In this document: in pieces, positions 10,320-22,400 of the stretch
Numbering within the stretch: the first letter of the stretch is position 1
Layout of the letters: every line of letters begins with the position of its first letter
NCBI RefSeq assembly: GCF_021869535.1
Contig: NW_026262637.1
Location: forward strand, 17,112,001-17,176,000
From: Mytilus californianus
Taxonomy: Eukaryota
Reading direction: 5' to 3'
Length of the DNA stretch: 64,000 bases
Notes under the pieces: model-generated
Database searches by the model: none
Told to the model about the DNA's origin: nothing
What the model saw: only the letters and a program-made list of their open reading frames with translations
Translations under genes and position numbers: made by a program

Positions 10320-13300
10320 CTACTGAAACCAAGTAGGCTTATTGTCACCGTCATAAAGTTTTAATTTGTCGTGATGGACAACTTTGGCCTGACTTTTTGG
10401 ACTTTGTTTTATTCTATACAGTACGTCATTAAGCTTGGAAACAATCACATAAGGACCATGCCAAGGTCTCTGAAGTTTTGGATTTCTCCCAACTTTGCGC
10501 CGATATTGGTAGTACCATACCGGGTCACCCACCTTGTATTGATTTTGATGCATTTTATGATCATACACCTTCTTTATCGAATTACAAGATATATTCATAT
10601 TTCTACGGGCTAGCCCATGAACAAGCGCTAGGGCCTGTTCCAACTCGTGTAAGTAATCCTCCGACGATTGATGATTTAAATCATCGAATTTATTTAAAGG
10701 CCTTCCGAGAACAAGGTCGACCGGAAGATTAATATCACGTCCAAACATCATTTGACAAGGAGTAACACCCGTTGCTTCTAGCCACCGTCTCTGCCTCTTG
10801 ATTCTTTTGGTGTACAGACACAAAAGAAGACAACATATTTTCTATCGTTCTCATGAAACGCTCCACCATACCATCAGACTGGGGCCGCATTACTGTGGTC
10901 CGAGTTTTATCAATATCTAAAATTCTACATAGTTCTCTAAATAATCGAGATTCAAAATTTGCTCCCTGGTCCGTATGTACTTGCATGGGTACACCAAATA
11001 TTGTAATGAAGTTGTCAACAAAGCTTCTAGCCACCGTCTCTGCCTCTTGATTCCGAATAGGAATTGCCTGAATAAACTTTGTAAAGTAGTCTCCAATAAC
11101 GAGTAAATACTTATTACCCTTATCAGAAGTTGGAAGAGGGCCCATTATATCAAGTGCGACCCTTTCAAGGGGGGCTCCAACGTTGTACTGGCTTATTGGT
11201 GCCTTTGGCTTTCGTATAGGCGCTTTTCTGCTAGCGCATATGTCACATTTGCGACACCAATTTTCTACATATTTACGAAGTCCAAACCAAAAGTATCGTT
11301 GTCGCACTTTACTCAGAGTCTTTTTAATCCCCAGATGACCACCCGTTGGACTATCATGTAATTGTGCTAGAACAAATTTCTTTAAATTTTCTGGGATAAC
11401 TATCTGCCAGGTAATCTCTTCCCCATTTTCATTCTCCCACTTTCTATATAGGACCCCATCTTTAATTACAAAAGAATCGAGTCTGTTCCAGTAGTGTTTA
11501 ACTTCTGGACTAAATTTCGAGACAACAGACCACTCGGGTTTGTTGGTATTGTCTTTCCACTGACGTACAAGTGCTAAAATTGCGTCTTGTTTTTGTTCAT
11601 TTTGTATATCCAAGTTCTGACCTAATGGATTATTAATCTCTGTGTTTATAATCTCGTTGTTATTCAACTGACCATCTGTACTTTTCATACTTCTTGTTAC
11701 AACACGTACTGTAGTACCCTTTCCACCCTCATTTACTGGTGATAACTTAGGTGTTTTCTGTAGTAACCTAATATTTTTATCTGAATTTATTTTCTTTGAT
11801 TTTGCACCCGAAAATTTATCAACCGACAGTGCCTTGTCTTGTATGTTTTCATTTGAGCGATCAATTTTGCCGCCGTACACGCATCTCTCATCAGTAAATG
11901 CCTCTTTGTGTACAACCTCGATTGGCAGTTTGCTACATGATTGCTCATAATTAATTTCTTTCAAATCTAAGGGACTGTTTGACACTGGTTCACCGACAGT
12001 TACTGAATCATTGTCTTGGGCTATTACCCCGACAACCGATATGCGTTCTGTGGTCTCTTTGCGTGAGCAGTGAGAACAATCGTCCCTACAGGGTCTTCGA
12101 CTTAATGCGTCAGCATTGGAATGAACCCGTCCTGGTCTATGCACGATTGAAAAATTATAACTTCCTAGTATTTCCAACCAACGAGCCAACTGACCTTCTG
12201 GGTTTTTAAAATTTACTAGCCAGCGAAGTGACCCATGGTCAGTACGAACCGTAAATTTACGACCATACAAGTAATGATGAAAATTTTGGACCGCCCGAAC
12301 AATGGCCAGACGTTCTTTTCGTGTAACACAATAATTTCTCTCACATTTAGAAAAAGTTTTGCTATGGTAAGCGATGGGTCGTTCAAAACCGTCTTGCATT
12401 TGTGATAATACTGCCCCCATACCAACAGCGCTAGCGTCACAATCCAGAATAAATTCTCCATTGTTTAATGGATAGCCCAGAACCGGGGCAGTTATTAACA
12501 AATCTTTTAGTTTTTCAAAGGCCTCTTGACAACCGTCAGACCAACTAAATCTCTTACCCTTTTCCGTTAATTGATGCAAAGGTTTAGCTATAGTGGCGAA
12601 ATTTTTTACAAATCGCCTATAGTACGAACAGAGCCCAATAAATGATCTTACTTCCCGCACATTTTTAGGAACCGGCCAGTCGCGTACTGCTTTGATTTTT
12701 GAATCATCAGTACTTATCCCCTCTTGCGTAATATGGTGACCTAAGAAAGTGACCTCCTTTTGTGTTATAACACATTTACCAGGGTGTAACTTGAGATTTG
12801 ATTCCCTTAGACGGTCACATACTTCACTTAAATTCCTTATGTGCTCGTCAAAGTCCTTTGAAAAGACGATAATATCGTCCAGATAAACTAAGCAAATTTT
12901 CCAAGTAAGCCCTGAAAATATTCGTTCCACCAACCGTTCGAAAGTGGCTGGTGCTCCATTTAGTCCAAAACATAATACTTTGAATTGCCATAACCCACTT
13001 CCAGGAATTGCAAAGGCAGTTTTCTCCCTGTCGCTTTCTTCAAGGCCGCACTGCCAATAACCAGACCTCATGTCTAAAGTGGAAAACCAGCTGTTCCCGC
13101 TCAGTGCGTCGAGCGTATCGTCTATTCTCGGAATAGGTTGGCAATCATTTAAAGTAAGAGAATTTAATTTACGAAAATCACAACAAAAGCGAATGCTTTG
13201 ATCTGTTTTGGTTACCATGACAACAGGTGAACACCAAGCACTATTAGAGGGTTCAATGATACCCCGTGCCGACATTGTCTCAATTTCTTTTTGTGCAGCT

Positions 13301-14328
13301 TCGCGCTTCGCCAAGGGCAGTCGATAAGGCCTTTGCTTTATAGGTTTTGCATCCCCTGTATTTATCTTGTGTTTAATTAATTCAGTATAACCTATGTCTG
13401 AAGAAGATTTTGAGAAAATATCCTGATAAGAACACAAAAATTCTTTCAGTTGATCCCTATTTTCTTCTTTTAAACCTACGGAACCCTTATTAAACACTTC
13501 AACCAAGTGTTCAGGTAGTTCACTATCAGATGTTCCCCTAACACAGTTCACCGAATTCTGTTGTTTATTACATGAGATAACCGTCTCTATTTCTACTGGT
13601 TCAAAAATGCCTGCTACCGTATTTTTATGAATTTGTACAGGTGTTTCGCTAAAATTAGCAATTCTTAATGGTATAAGGTTACTTCTTTGCTGTACAACAG
13701 CCCTGGCTATCAATAGTCCAGTTTTTCCTAAAAAATTCTCATCAGTTTCAACAATTCCAACCGAATTGTATTTAACTCGACCACATGCTTTGCCTTTAAT
13801 TATCATTTCACTCCGCGGCGGAACTTCAACAGTTTCCGCTACGGAGATTTTACAACACGAGGCCTCACCTCTGTTTGTGAAACAAGGAATAAACTCATCC
13901 TTAATTCGTAGACAACCCTTAGTAAAAAGGATATCCACATGATATTTGATCATAAAATCTGTTCCGAGAATTGCGGCATCTTTTATTTCCGCCAATAAAA
14001 ATTCATGCTTGAACAACTGATTATCTAACATTATTTCTAAATTCACCTTCCCTAAAAATTCTGAAGCATCTCCCGTTGCGGTCAGTAAATTCATTCTAAC
14101 GGGCGTAACTTGGGGTCGTAGTTCTGGTGGAATACTATAAAAAATATCTTTCTTTAATATTGACACACTTGCACCAGAATCAACTAGTGTAGGGACCTTT
14201 AATGAATTAATAGTAGCCAAAACAAAACAACCGTTCTCCTGACCCCAAGTAACGTTTGAAATGATAGTGTTGGGTCTTTTTACTGCTGCCGGGAATTGAC
14301 CCTCGTTCCCGACATTTGCTCGTTTTCC
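10320..14328 (-). CDS. pol: Gypsy Pol polyprotein (protease, RT, RNase H, integrase), disrupted late in integrase
   Basis: LVDSGAS protease; LDMRSGYWQ and YLDDII RT motifs; LDCDASA...RTDH RNase H; HDSPTGGHLG...CDIC zinc finger, LDIMGP/TDQG/ERF DDE integrase; C-terminal part (TGVTPCQMMFGR, PWHGPY, VHHDKLK) is in ORF 10320-10823 after a frameshifting lesion near 10774-10804. Confidence 0.93.
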
Positions 14329-15433
14329 GACCTACGGAATCCCCCTCTGTTATTGTTAAAATTTCTATTGAAATTATTTTGATTTCTTCTATGATTATTT
14401 TCTCCTCTGAATTGCTGGCCATTTAGATTTTTGATATTAACTACTTCGCTTGTCAAAGATTTAATGCCTTGTTTAATTTCATTAATTTCCCGTTTCAGAC
14501 TATGATCTTGAACGGTTTCAGTATCGACCGTACGAACGTTACGACCTTTCTGTCTATCAGCAACTCGTAAGGCCTCAAGTCTAACGGCAATATTCTCGGC
14601 CTCATTGATTGATTTTGGTCCAACCTCCCTCAACCTGAGTCGTACTTCCGTCTCAGGTATTGCATCAATAAAATAATCTAAAGCTAACGTGTCCCTAACC
14701 AATGGAGAAGTGCCAGGATTAGCCCGACGTGTTAGTTTTTGATAGCCTGAGCTAATTCAGGCAGAGTTTCATTTCTTAAACGTACTCGTGTTTGCAACTC
14801 TGCTCTAAATACTTCAGCTCTATTGACTGAACCAAACCTATTCTTAAGAAATGTGACCAAGCTGTCAAAATTGTGACGTTCCTCTTCCGTGATCTCATTA
14901 AGAATTGCCCGTGCTCCGCCAGACAAACTACTAGCTAATAACAAAGCTTTTGTTTTTGAGCTCCAATTATGCAATTCTGCTAACAAATTAAATTGAGTTA
15001 AATACTCTTCTAAATCATCATTACCGTCATACATTTGGGGTTTTATTTTACAACTCAATTCATATTTGCCATTTGACCTATCGTTATCAACTAAATTACT
15101 GTTATTACTGATGTCTGCCCTTCCTTTAGTAATTTTTGGTGAACTTATTACGTCCCTACTACTATTTTCAGAAGGTCTACTTGAGATTGTGGAGACAAGT
15201 CTCGTTTCAAAATTTGAAAACATTTCTTGCATTCCATTGGTGAAATCGGACATACATTGGTCCATTACCCTTCTCATTTCCAGTCTAGTCTCTGCAACCA
15301 TTCTCTCCGTTGCTCCTTCACTTCTAGGCATTCTAACAGGAGAACTTTCAAAATTATTTTCAGGTAGCGTTTCTTCATCGTCCTCCCTTTTGTCTAAATG
15401 GGGCTTGAACGAAATAACATCCGAATCGTCCAT
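14280..15433 (-). CDS. gag: Gypsy Gag, split by a 1-nt deletion in an A-run near 14736-14740
   Basis: KPQMYDGNDDLEEYLTQF...LASSLSGGA...LKNRFG capsid-like region (14732-15433) continues as LTRRANP...DYFIDAIP...LREVGPKSINEA in ORF 14280-14702; adding one A restores IKKLTRRA. Confidence 0.88.
14322..14328 (-). promoter_or_regulatory. Probable gag-pol -1 ribosomal frameshift site G GAA AAC
   Basis: Gag reads TCG GAA AAC GAG, pol reads GGA AAA CGA GCA (-1 frame) and is open from here into the protease. Confidence 0.6.
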
Positions 15434-15504
15434 ACTTTACAAAATAAAGGCCTAATACAACCAAACTGTGTCAATTCAAACTTTCAACACGACTCTACTT
15501 TAAA

Positions 15505-15522
15505 ATCCCACCGCTGCCACCA
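15505..15522 (-). other. Primer binding site complementary to tRNA-Leu 3' end
   Basis: Minus strand TGGTGGCAGCGGTGGGAT, 3 nt inside the 5' LTR; complement ATCCCACCGCTGCCA+CCA equals the 3' end of metazoan tRNA-Leu(AAG/TAG). Confidence 0.88.
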
Positions 15523-15525
15523 AAT

Positions 15526-17071
15526 TGAAACGCTGCCTCCCTGGTGCTAGAGTCGGCCACCAGAGAACACAGGGTCACAAAGAAAAAGAGAGTAAAAGGA
15601 TCTATAAAGTGTAAGGTTCGACGTCAACTGTTTACCGCCGAACCAAAACACGTTACAGAAAGGGAAATCGTATACTTGTGGTTATATATATATATATACT
15701 CAGTTGTTAAATAAAATATCTGAATAAAATAAAGTTTCATATTTTATTAATATCGAAAATAATCCACGACGGAGAGAATGGGTCTTACAGGCTCTGTCAC
15801 TGGTCTGTTCGGGTCCCCGGTAATGGTTGGTCTTACAGTATACAAACAAACTTTTGATAATAATCAGCTAATAATATATAATTCAACAGTTAAGTAACCC
15901 GGTGGTCCCTTATTTGGACTCTTTCAATAATCCCAATTTAAGGATATTATCACAATTTCACAGTATTCAACATCGACTGATCATCATAAAACATCTAAAA
16001 CAAATATTAAATACAGAAAGCAACAATTTTACTCCCGTCACCCACAACCTTAGCGCCGTCACCGGCAACCTTAGCACCGACCACCGTCACCGACAACCTT
16101 AATTATTTAGCACCGTCACCGACAACCTTAGTTATTTAGCACCGTCACCCACAACCTTAGCACCGTCACCGACAACCTTAGCACCGTCACCGGCAACCTG
16201 ATTTAGCACCGGCACCGACAACCTTAGCACCGTCACCGGCAACCTGATTTAGCACCGGCATCGACAACCTTAAATAAAAACAAAATTAAATATTATTATA
16301 TACCGTATTTACTAACTTTCAACGCTTGATTATAATTATCAGACATCTCTATTTGAATTTGCCGCTCTCTAACTTTTCCAACCCAACAATCTGTCGGTTC
16401 TGGTGTTGCTTTTTCTTTTATACTTCCGACTGACCAATGGCAGAGCTTGTTACATATTGTTTACCAATCGGCAACCATGGATCATACAAGGGAAATTCCC
16501 GCAATGTTGATACTATTTGTAAACATGGAGTAATCTTCATCAATAAAGATGGTTTTCAACTTTAAATTTATTAGTAGATCATTAGAAGAGATTAGTCTGG
16601 GTTTAATTTCAAACCAGGTAACTAACAAATGCAAATATTTCCTTTTGGTGCTAATATTTTAAGTGCGCAAATGAGAATTAAATCTCACGGAACAATTGTC
16701 AATCTTTATTTTAACACACCAATCTCTCCACGAGTCTTTCGTGCAGTTTTAATTATATTTTATAGCCGACACCAATCTAGCGAACTAACGTGGATATTCT
16801 GTTTATTATGTCATAAATGAGTATGACGAGCTTTTGCCGAAAGGATACAGAGAAAATATGGAGGCCGTACGTGAAACAAAACTTCTTGACACACAAATCT
16901 ACTGTGTTTTAGTAATCACACCTTGAAACAACAGCCAAAATAACCAATTGTAGTTCTTATATTAGTTCCAACATTGAACCTCTCATTAACATCTACCCCT
17001 TATTCTCCATAATTTCAAGAAACTATCAAGACAAAGGTTAACTATAAAAAGGGGGGAAGGCCGGCATTACA
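15526..17071 (-). repeat. 5' LTR (1546 bp)
   Basis: Direct repeat of 6542-8087; adjacent to the PBS. Confidence 0.97.
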
Positions 17072-17105
17072 ATATATGTGCCAATTTTGAAAGTAGCATG
17101 AATAT

Positions 17106-20100
17106 ATTATTTTCAGTAAAGAAACCGGTAAATCGATGTTATTCAATTTGCTTACCTTTCTGAACAGTTATCTTTAATTTATTCGGCAGATCTTTAGATT
17201 CTGGATCTCTACTCTATATATGTGTAAAAACAGCAGAATACACAAACAAATTTCTCGCTTTGACGCCGCAGATTTGTTTTAATCATAACCAGTATTTTTT
17301 AAATAAAACTATTAAAAAAGAAGTTTTTTTGTAACATCAATGTGCAAGCATCCGTAAAACAAACAGAACCTTATTCAATCGACAAAAGTATATGTAGTAG
17401 TAGACCACTAAATTTGCTAACATTCCCGTTGATGCTTTTACAGTTGAACAAATATATATTGACAATGGCAAAAGAAAAGTCACCGCCGCTTTTAATACAC
17501 CTCTTTTTATCTCCATGGCAAAAACTTTGGTCCAGGAAGTTGAATAGGGAAAAGATACCAAAACAGCATCAATTATGGCAGGTCAACTTCGATCGAGGTA
17601 GATGCAAACTGTTTGTGTCACTGGATGTTAGCTACATTACATATTGGATATAAATTAATACCTGTCTTGCATGTTCATCAATATCTTTAAAATCGCCATA
17701 CTTCCCTATCTTCACTGGTGATGACTGTGCATTTTGAGATCCATTGATATCTGTTGAAGAGTCGTAGTTTACTCGAACCTGCTGGTTTGAAACAAGCAGC
17801 CGAGTTTTATCTTCTCTCAATTGTTCCGTATCAGATATGGCAGACGAACAACATCCCATGGCAACAGTAAATTGTTTTATAGCCTGTGAATCATCGATGG
17901 TACAAAGGGTACAATGGTAGACGAAACACAACGAGTTATATTTGTAAACATTCACAATTATTTTTGCAATGTTTTGTTTTTTTCTATATTGCTGTTTTCA
18001 AACAAATTTATTGCCTAAATTGTAATAGTTAGGTTAGATTATTATGCAGAATACACTCATCTTACTTGAAATAGCAAATGACAATCTAAATGACAATATT
18101 AATATTAAAGACAACGAAGTTCCAATGAAAGCCGATCTATTTCCTCAGATTTAAATATACATTTGACTTTTAAGTTTGACATCCTTGACTACTCAATGTT
18201 TACAAAGAAAGTATCGCTTACTTAAATCTTTTTTTTCTGTGAGTTGGAACAGGTTAAATATTTATATATTTTGTTTTGGTTTTTTAAATTTAATCTCATT
18301 TACTAAAATTCGTACATTGTAATTTTCAATTGATTTCCATCTTGATTCTGACAATAAATTAAATGTTAGTTATAGAGGCATGTAATCAGAAACCAGGTTA
18401 TCAAACCATTTGAACCAAAGTAAAAAATGATGTGGATGTAAGCAACTATAGGTCACCATACAGCATTCAGCAATGAATAAAATCCAAACCAAATAGTCAA
18501 CTGTAGAAGGTCACTACTTTTTAAATTGTGAAACAATGCAGACGAGAAAACCAACCGCCTGACTTATGACGAACAGCAACCAACGACAACGATGGAATAA
18601 CACTCTTGAGTTGGGGCAGGCACATGGAGAATGTGGCGAGTTTAAACATGTTTGTGGGCGCTCAAAACTCCCCACATTGATAAGTTTATTCAACTGCTCA
18701 ATGATTTAAAATGTGACCAAAGGAACATTCCCGTCCTTAACAGGAAAAAAAACAATAGGGAACGAAAATTTTGTCGTAAATTGTGACAAAGAAATATTCC
18801 AGCAGCGTTTGCATCTGGAGTAGACATTTCTCATTTGAAACGCTATTCCAATGCTTGCATTTTCTATCAATATTTCATTGATAGAGGGTTGCTGTTAAAA
18901 ATGAAGTTATTGAACCAATAATTAAGTTGAAGTCATCCATGATTTCGTTGAACATTAAGGAATTAAGGAATATATGTGCCAATTTTGAAAGTAGCATGAA
19001 TATATTCCATTTGTCTCAACAACAATACCGAGGGAGAAGACTTTATAAGTTTGAGTAACTTGTGTCTCATCCCTTTTGCATACTAGTATTTTAGCAAATA
19101 AAATATGTTTAAACTATATCATTACCGTCCTTGTTCCCTCAACTGTTACGCAAACAAAAGCTATTCATCAACAAATTTTCACAAGAGGAGCAGGAATTGC
19201 ATATCCAACTAAAGTATCTGAGTTCATCCATATATTTTGGTGCCGTGTTATTTTGGTTTGGTTTTTGTGTTGTTTTTTTTTTCAGTTTAATTTCTGTTTT
19301 GTCTCTGACAGAAACAGTCTTGTCTTTTCCCTATTTTTTAAAAACCAATTTTCATTTCAAAATTTTACATTCGGTTATGTTTTTTATACTGGATATTATA
19401 CTATTTTACTGGATGACACATCGCCCAGGATAAAAAGGTGTCGATCGGATGTTGTCAACAACAACAACAACACCGATTTTATCAGGTGTCCCAAGGATCA
19501 TCTTAAAGGATGTAATGAAAACGACACATGTGCAGTCTTCTGATTCCTCGTTGTACTGTAAAAATTCAGACAAGTTTGTTTATATTCGGCCCTGTACTGT
19601 TCAACTTTCAGATATTTTAGATTTCAATGACAACTTGCAATATTGCTTTATTTTCAAATGTAACCGTAAAAATTGTAAAACCTGTGATATACTAATATCT
19701 GATACCTACTTTCAAAGTAACTTGACCACCAAAAGTTACAACTCACACAGTCATGAGGATTTAAATTGTACTGCTTCCAATATTGTGTACGGTATTGAAT
19801 GTGCTCTTTGTGGGCAGATCTATGTCGGGGAAACTCGACAAAGACTCAATTGAAGAATGAATGACCATCGGTCTAATGTTAATGATCCTAATAGCAACAA
19901 ATTTCTCTATAGACATTTTAATCAGCCTGACCATTCTATTGTTTCATTGAAAGTCCGGATTATAGAGAAAATATATCATTCAACAAATGACCCCATAATG
20001 AGCACACCATATCGTCTACAAAGAGAAGACTTTTGGATAAGAGAGTTTGGTACAGCCATTCCCTATGGATGCAATGATCAAATTGATGGTGTAGGTATTT

Positions 20101-21588
20101 TGTCTAGACCCAGGTGTAGTACTGTCAATAAATTACAATTATTTAACAATTCTGCTCGACGAAATAGAAGTCATGGTCACAGAAATTATACACCACCTGC
20201 TGTTCACACCGTGACAATTGATAGTCTGTTATCGTCTGTTCAAAAACCTTTAGGAATTCACTATATCAGAACTAAATTATACTCCATTCCATTATCTAAA
20301 CTTTATTTACTATTTCAAGAGGCCCTAAATACTTCCGTTATTGATTCTAATTCTGTTTTGTATAGATAAGTTGCAATTACCATGGACATCGCTAACCATG
20401 GACTATTCAAAACCGTATCAACTACTTCCAAAGATGAGGAAAAACGTAATTTTTTTAAAGTAGAATTCGCCAATAAATGTTTAGATGCTATCAATATAAG
20501 CAATATTTTCCACCAGAAATCTGTACAAAAAACTATACCTGATTACTTCAAAAATAAAGCTACACCTGTAATTTCATATACTTACACCATGTCTATTGCA
20601 TCCAAAATTTTCAACCACACGAGGGTTTTAGAGGCCTTTAACCTCAAAAATATGAAATCCAAACCTCCGGATTGCTCATGTGCATCGTCAAAATACAATT
20701 ATAGTCCAGCTAGTCATATTATTACTGGCGACCTTGGCATCGTAACTAATGAACAACTAAGAGAAAGAGTTGTTAGCCAAGGGACCAAAATAAAGCATTC
20801 CCCAGCCCATCAACTGGAAAAAGAACTTCAGGTTACTGATGGATGCAGTTGAGGACTATGCTAGAAAATGGGTAAAGCGCGAACCAGACGAACCAGAACT
20901 GGACACTTTGTCTGAATGGATCAAAGCTATTCGATCATGCATTCAGAAGCGCATTCAGAAACTACAATGTACTATGAGCACAAGGGTTTCTAACCCATTC
21001 AAGACTCCGGAGGTTGTGGATGCTTTATCCTCTTTGTATGAGAAATATGTCGTTGTTCCAGCAGATAAAGCCTCCAATAATATTGTCTTCATATGTAAAA
21101 ACCATTATTTGCAATGTCTCACAAAAGAGCTAGGAATAAACAGCACAACTGATAATCCTACATATTCTTTAACATCATTTACAAAGGATGAAATTTTACA
21201 AAATCACAAATCTGTCCTTCTTTTTTTTGGTGTTAACATCAAAGAAAACGAGGAAAATCAACCGTCGTTATACTAGATACCAAAACCTTCACAAAACTCC
21301 TTATAAAGAACGATACATAGCTGGATCATCAAGATGTCCGACTAAACATCTTTCTAAAGTGCTGACTACTATTCTTTCTACAGTAAAAGATGGCCTTCAA
21401 AAATATTGTGATGAGATATATTCAACCAGTGGTGTCAATCAGATGTGGATTCTCAAATATTCTAAAGATCTACTGCCTAATCTTAGATCGCAATCTCTGC
21501 AATTTTGCAGCAACTTTAAGACCTTTGATTTTTCTACGCTTTACACTACTATTCCCCATGGTTAATTGAAAGATCGACTTCACCATCT
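17106..21588. repeat. Right arm of the 4.4-kb inverted segmental duplication
   Basis: Reverse complement of 357-4783, with scattered SNPs and small indels. Confidence 0.95.
17662..17859 (-). pseudogene. Orphan first coding exon of KY/hillarin-like paralog C (MGCCSS...DEHARQ), ATG and donor intact
   Basis: 198 nt, ATG at 17859, GT donor at 17661, upstream acceptor (17884) and 5' UTR donor (18065) as in the paralogs; intron is cut at 17106 and no further exons follow on this strand. Confidence 0.8.
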
Positions 21589-22400
21589 CATTAAACAGAG
21601 CTTTTTCTATAAAAATGGGAATCGTAGATATAAATTTCTTGTTTTGGGTTATAATAATTCTTATTTTGTGAAGAACCACACTGATTCTATCAGAAAATAC
21701 ACTGAAGATGATATTATAAAAATGCTGGACTTTTAAATCGACAATATATTTGTTTAGTTTGGAGGATTTATATTTCAACAGACAGTCGGTATTCCAATGG
21801 GTACTAATTGTGCACCCCTTCTGGCCGATTTGATTTTGTACTCGTATGAAGTAGAATTCATTCAGAACCTTTTAAAAGACAAAAATAAAAAGCACCTTGG
21901 GAAATTCTTTAATTTTACTTTCAGATATATTGATGATGTCCTATCACTGAATAACCCATATTTCAGTCAGTACTTGCATCTCATATATCCCAGTGAACTT
22001 GAAATTAAGGATACTACTGATACTAGAAGGATTGCTTCATACATTGATCTTTTCCTCAATATTGACACAGATGGACGACTTCACACTAAAATCTATGACA
22101 AACGGCATGATTTCAACTTCCCAATTATCAATTTCCATTTCTCAGAAGTAACATACCCTCTGCTTCGTCGTATGGTGTTTACATATCTCAATTGATACGT
22201 TGTGCACGTGCATGTTCACACTATACGGACTTCATATACAGGAGCGTGCTCCTTACGCAGAAACTGCTCAAACAGAGTTATGAGGAGAAAAGATTAAAAA
22301 TGACACTCCGTAAATTTTATGGACACCATCACGAATTGGTTGATCTATACGATGTGTCTGTCTAAACTAACTAACGACATTTTTACCACGTCTTAGATTG
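19400..22400 (+). mobile_element. Decayed near full-length Penelope-like element with N-terminal GIY-YIG endonuclease (Naiad-type, family A)
   Basis: Order: CNRKNCKTC, GIY-YIG (NIVYGIECALCGQIYVGETRQRL...HFNQPDH), linker, RT (FDFSTLYTTIPH, MGTNCAPLLADL, FRYIDD), thumb (YISQLIR...KFYGHHHELV). Several TAA/TAG/TGA stops and frameshifts. Confidence 0.88.

Larger units (their letters stand above)
6542..17071 (-). mobile_element. Full-length Ty3/Gypsy LTR retrotransposon with an extra third ORF
   Basis: Two 1546-bp LTRs with TG...CA ends, 4-bp TSD ATAT (6538-6541, 17072-17075; empty site seen at 18951-18990), PBS, PPT, gag and pol in PR-RT-RH-INT order. Confidence 0.97.

Noticed and set aside
15505-15522. 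tRNA-Leu gene
   Set aside because: Only the 18-nt 3' end including CCA is present, next to an LTR: it is a primer binding site.
19851-19853. In-frame TGA in the Naiad element as selenocysteine (some Naiads encode selenoproteins)
   Set aside because: The TGA is at a non-Cys position (RLN*RM, explicable as CGA>TGA), all conserved Cys are TGT/TGC, other stops are TAA/TAG with frameshifts, and I could not identify a SECIS.
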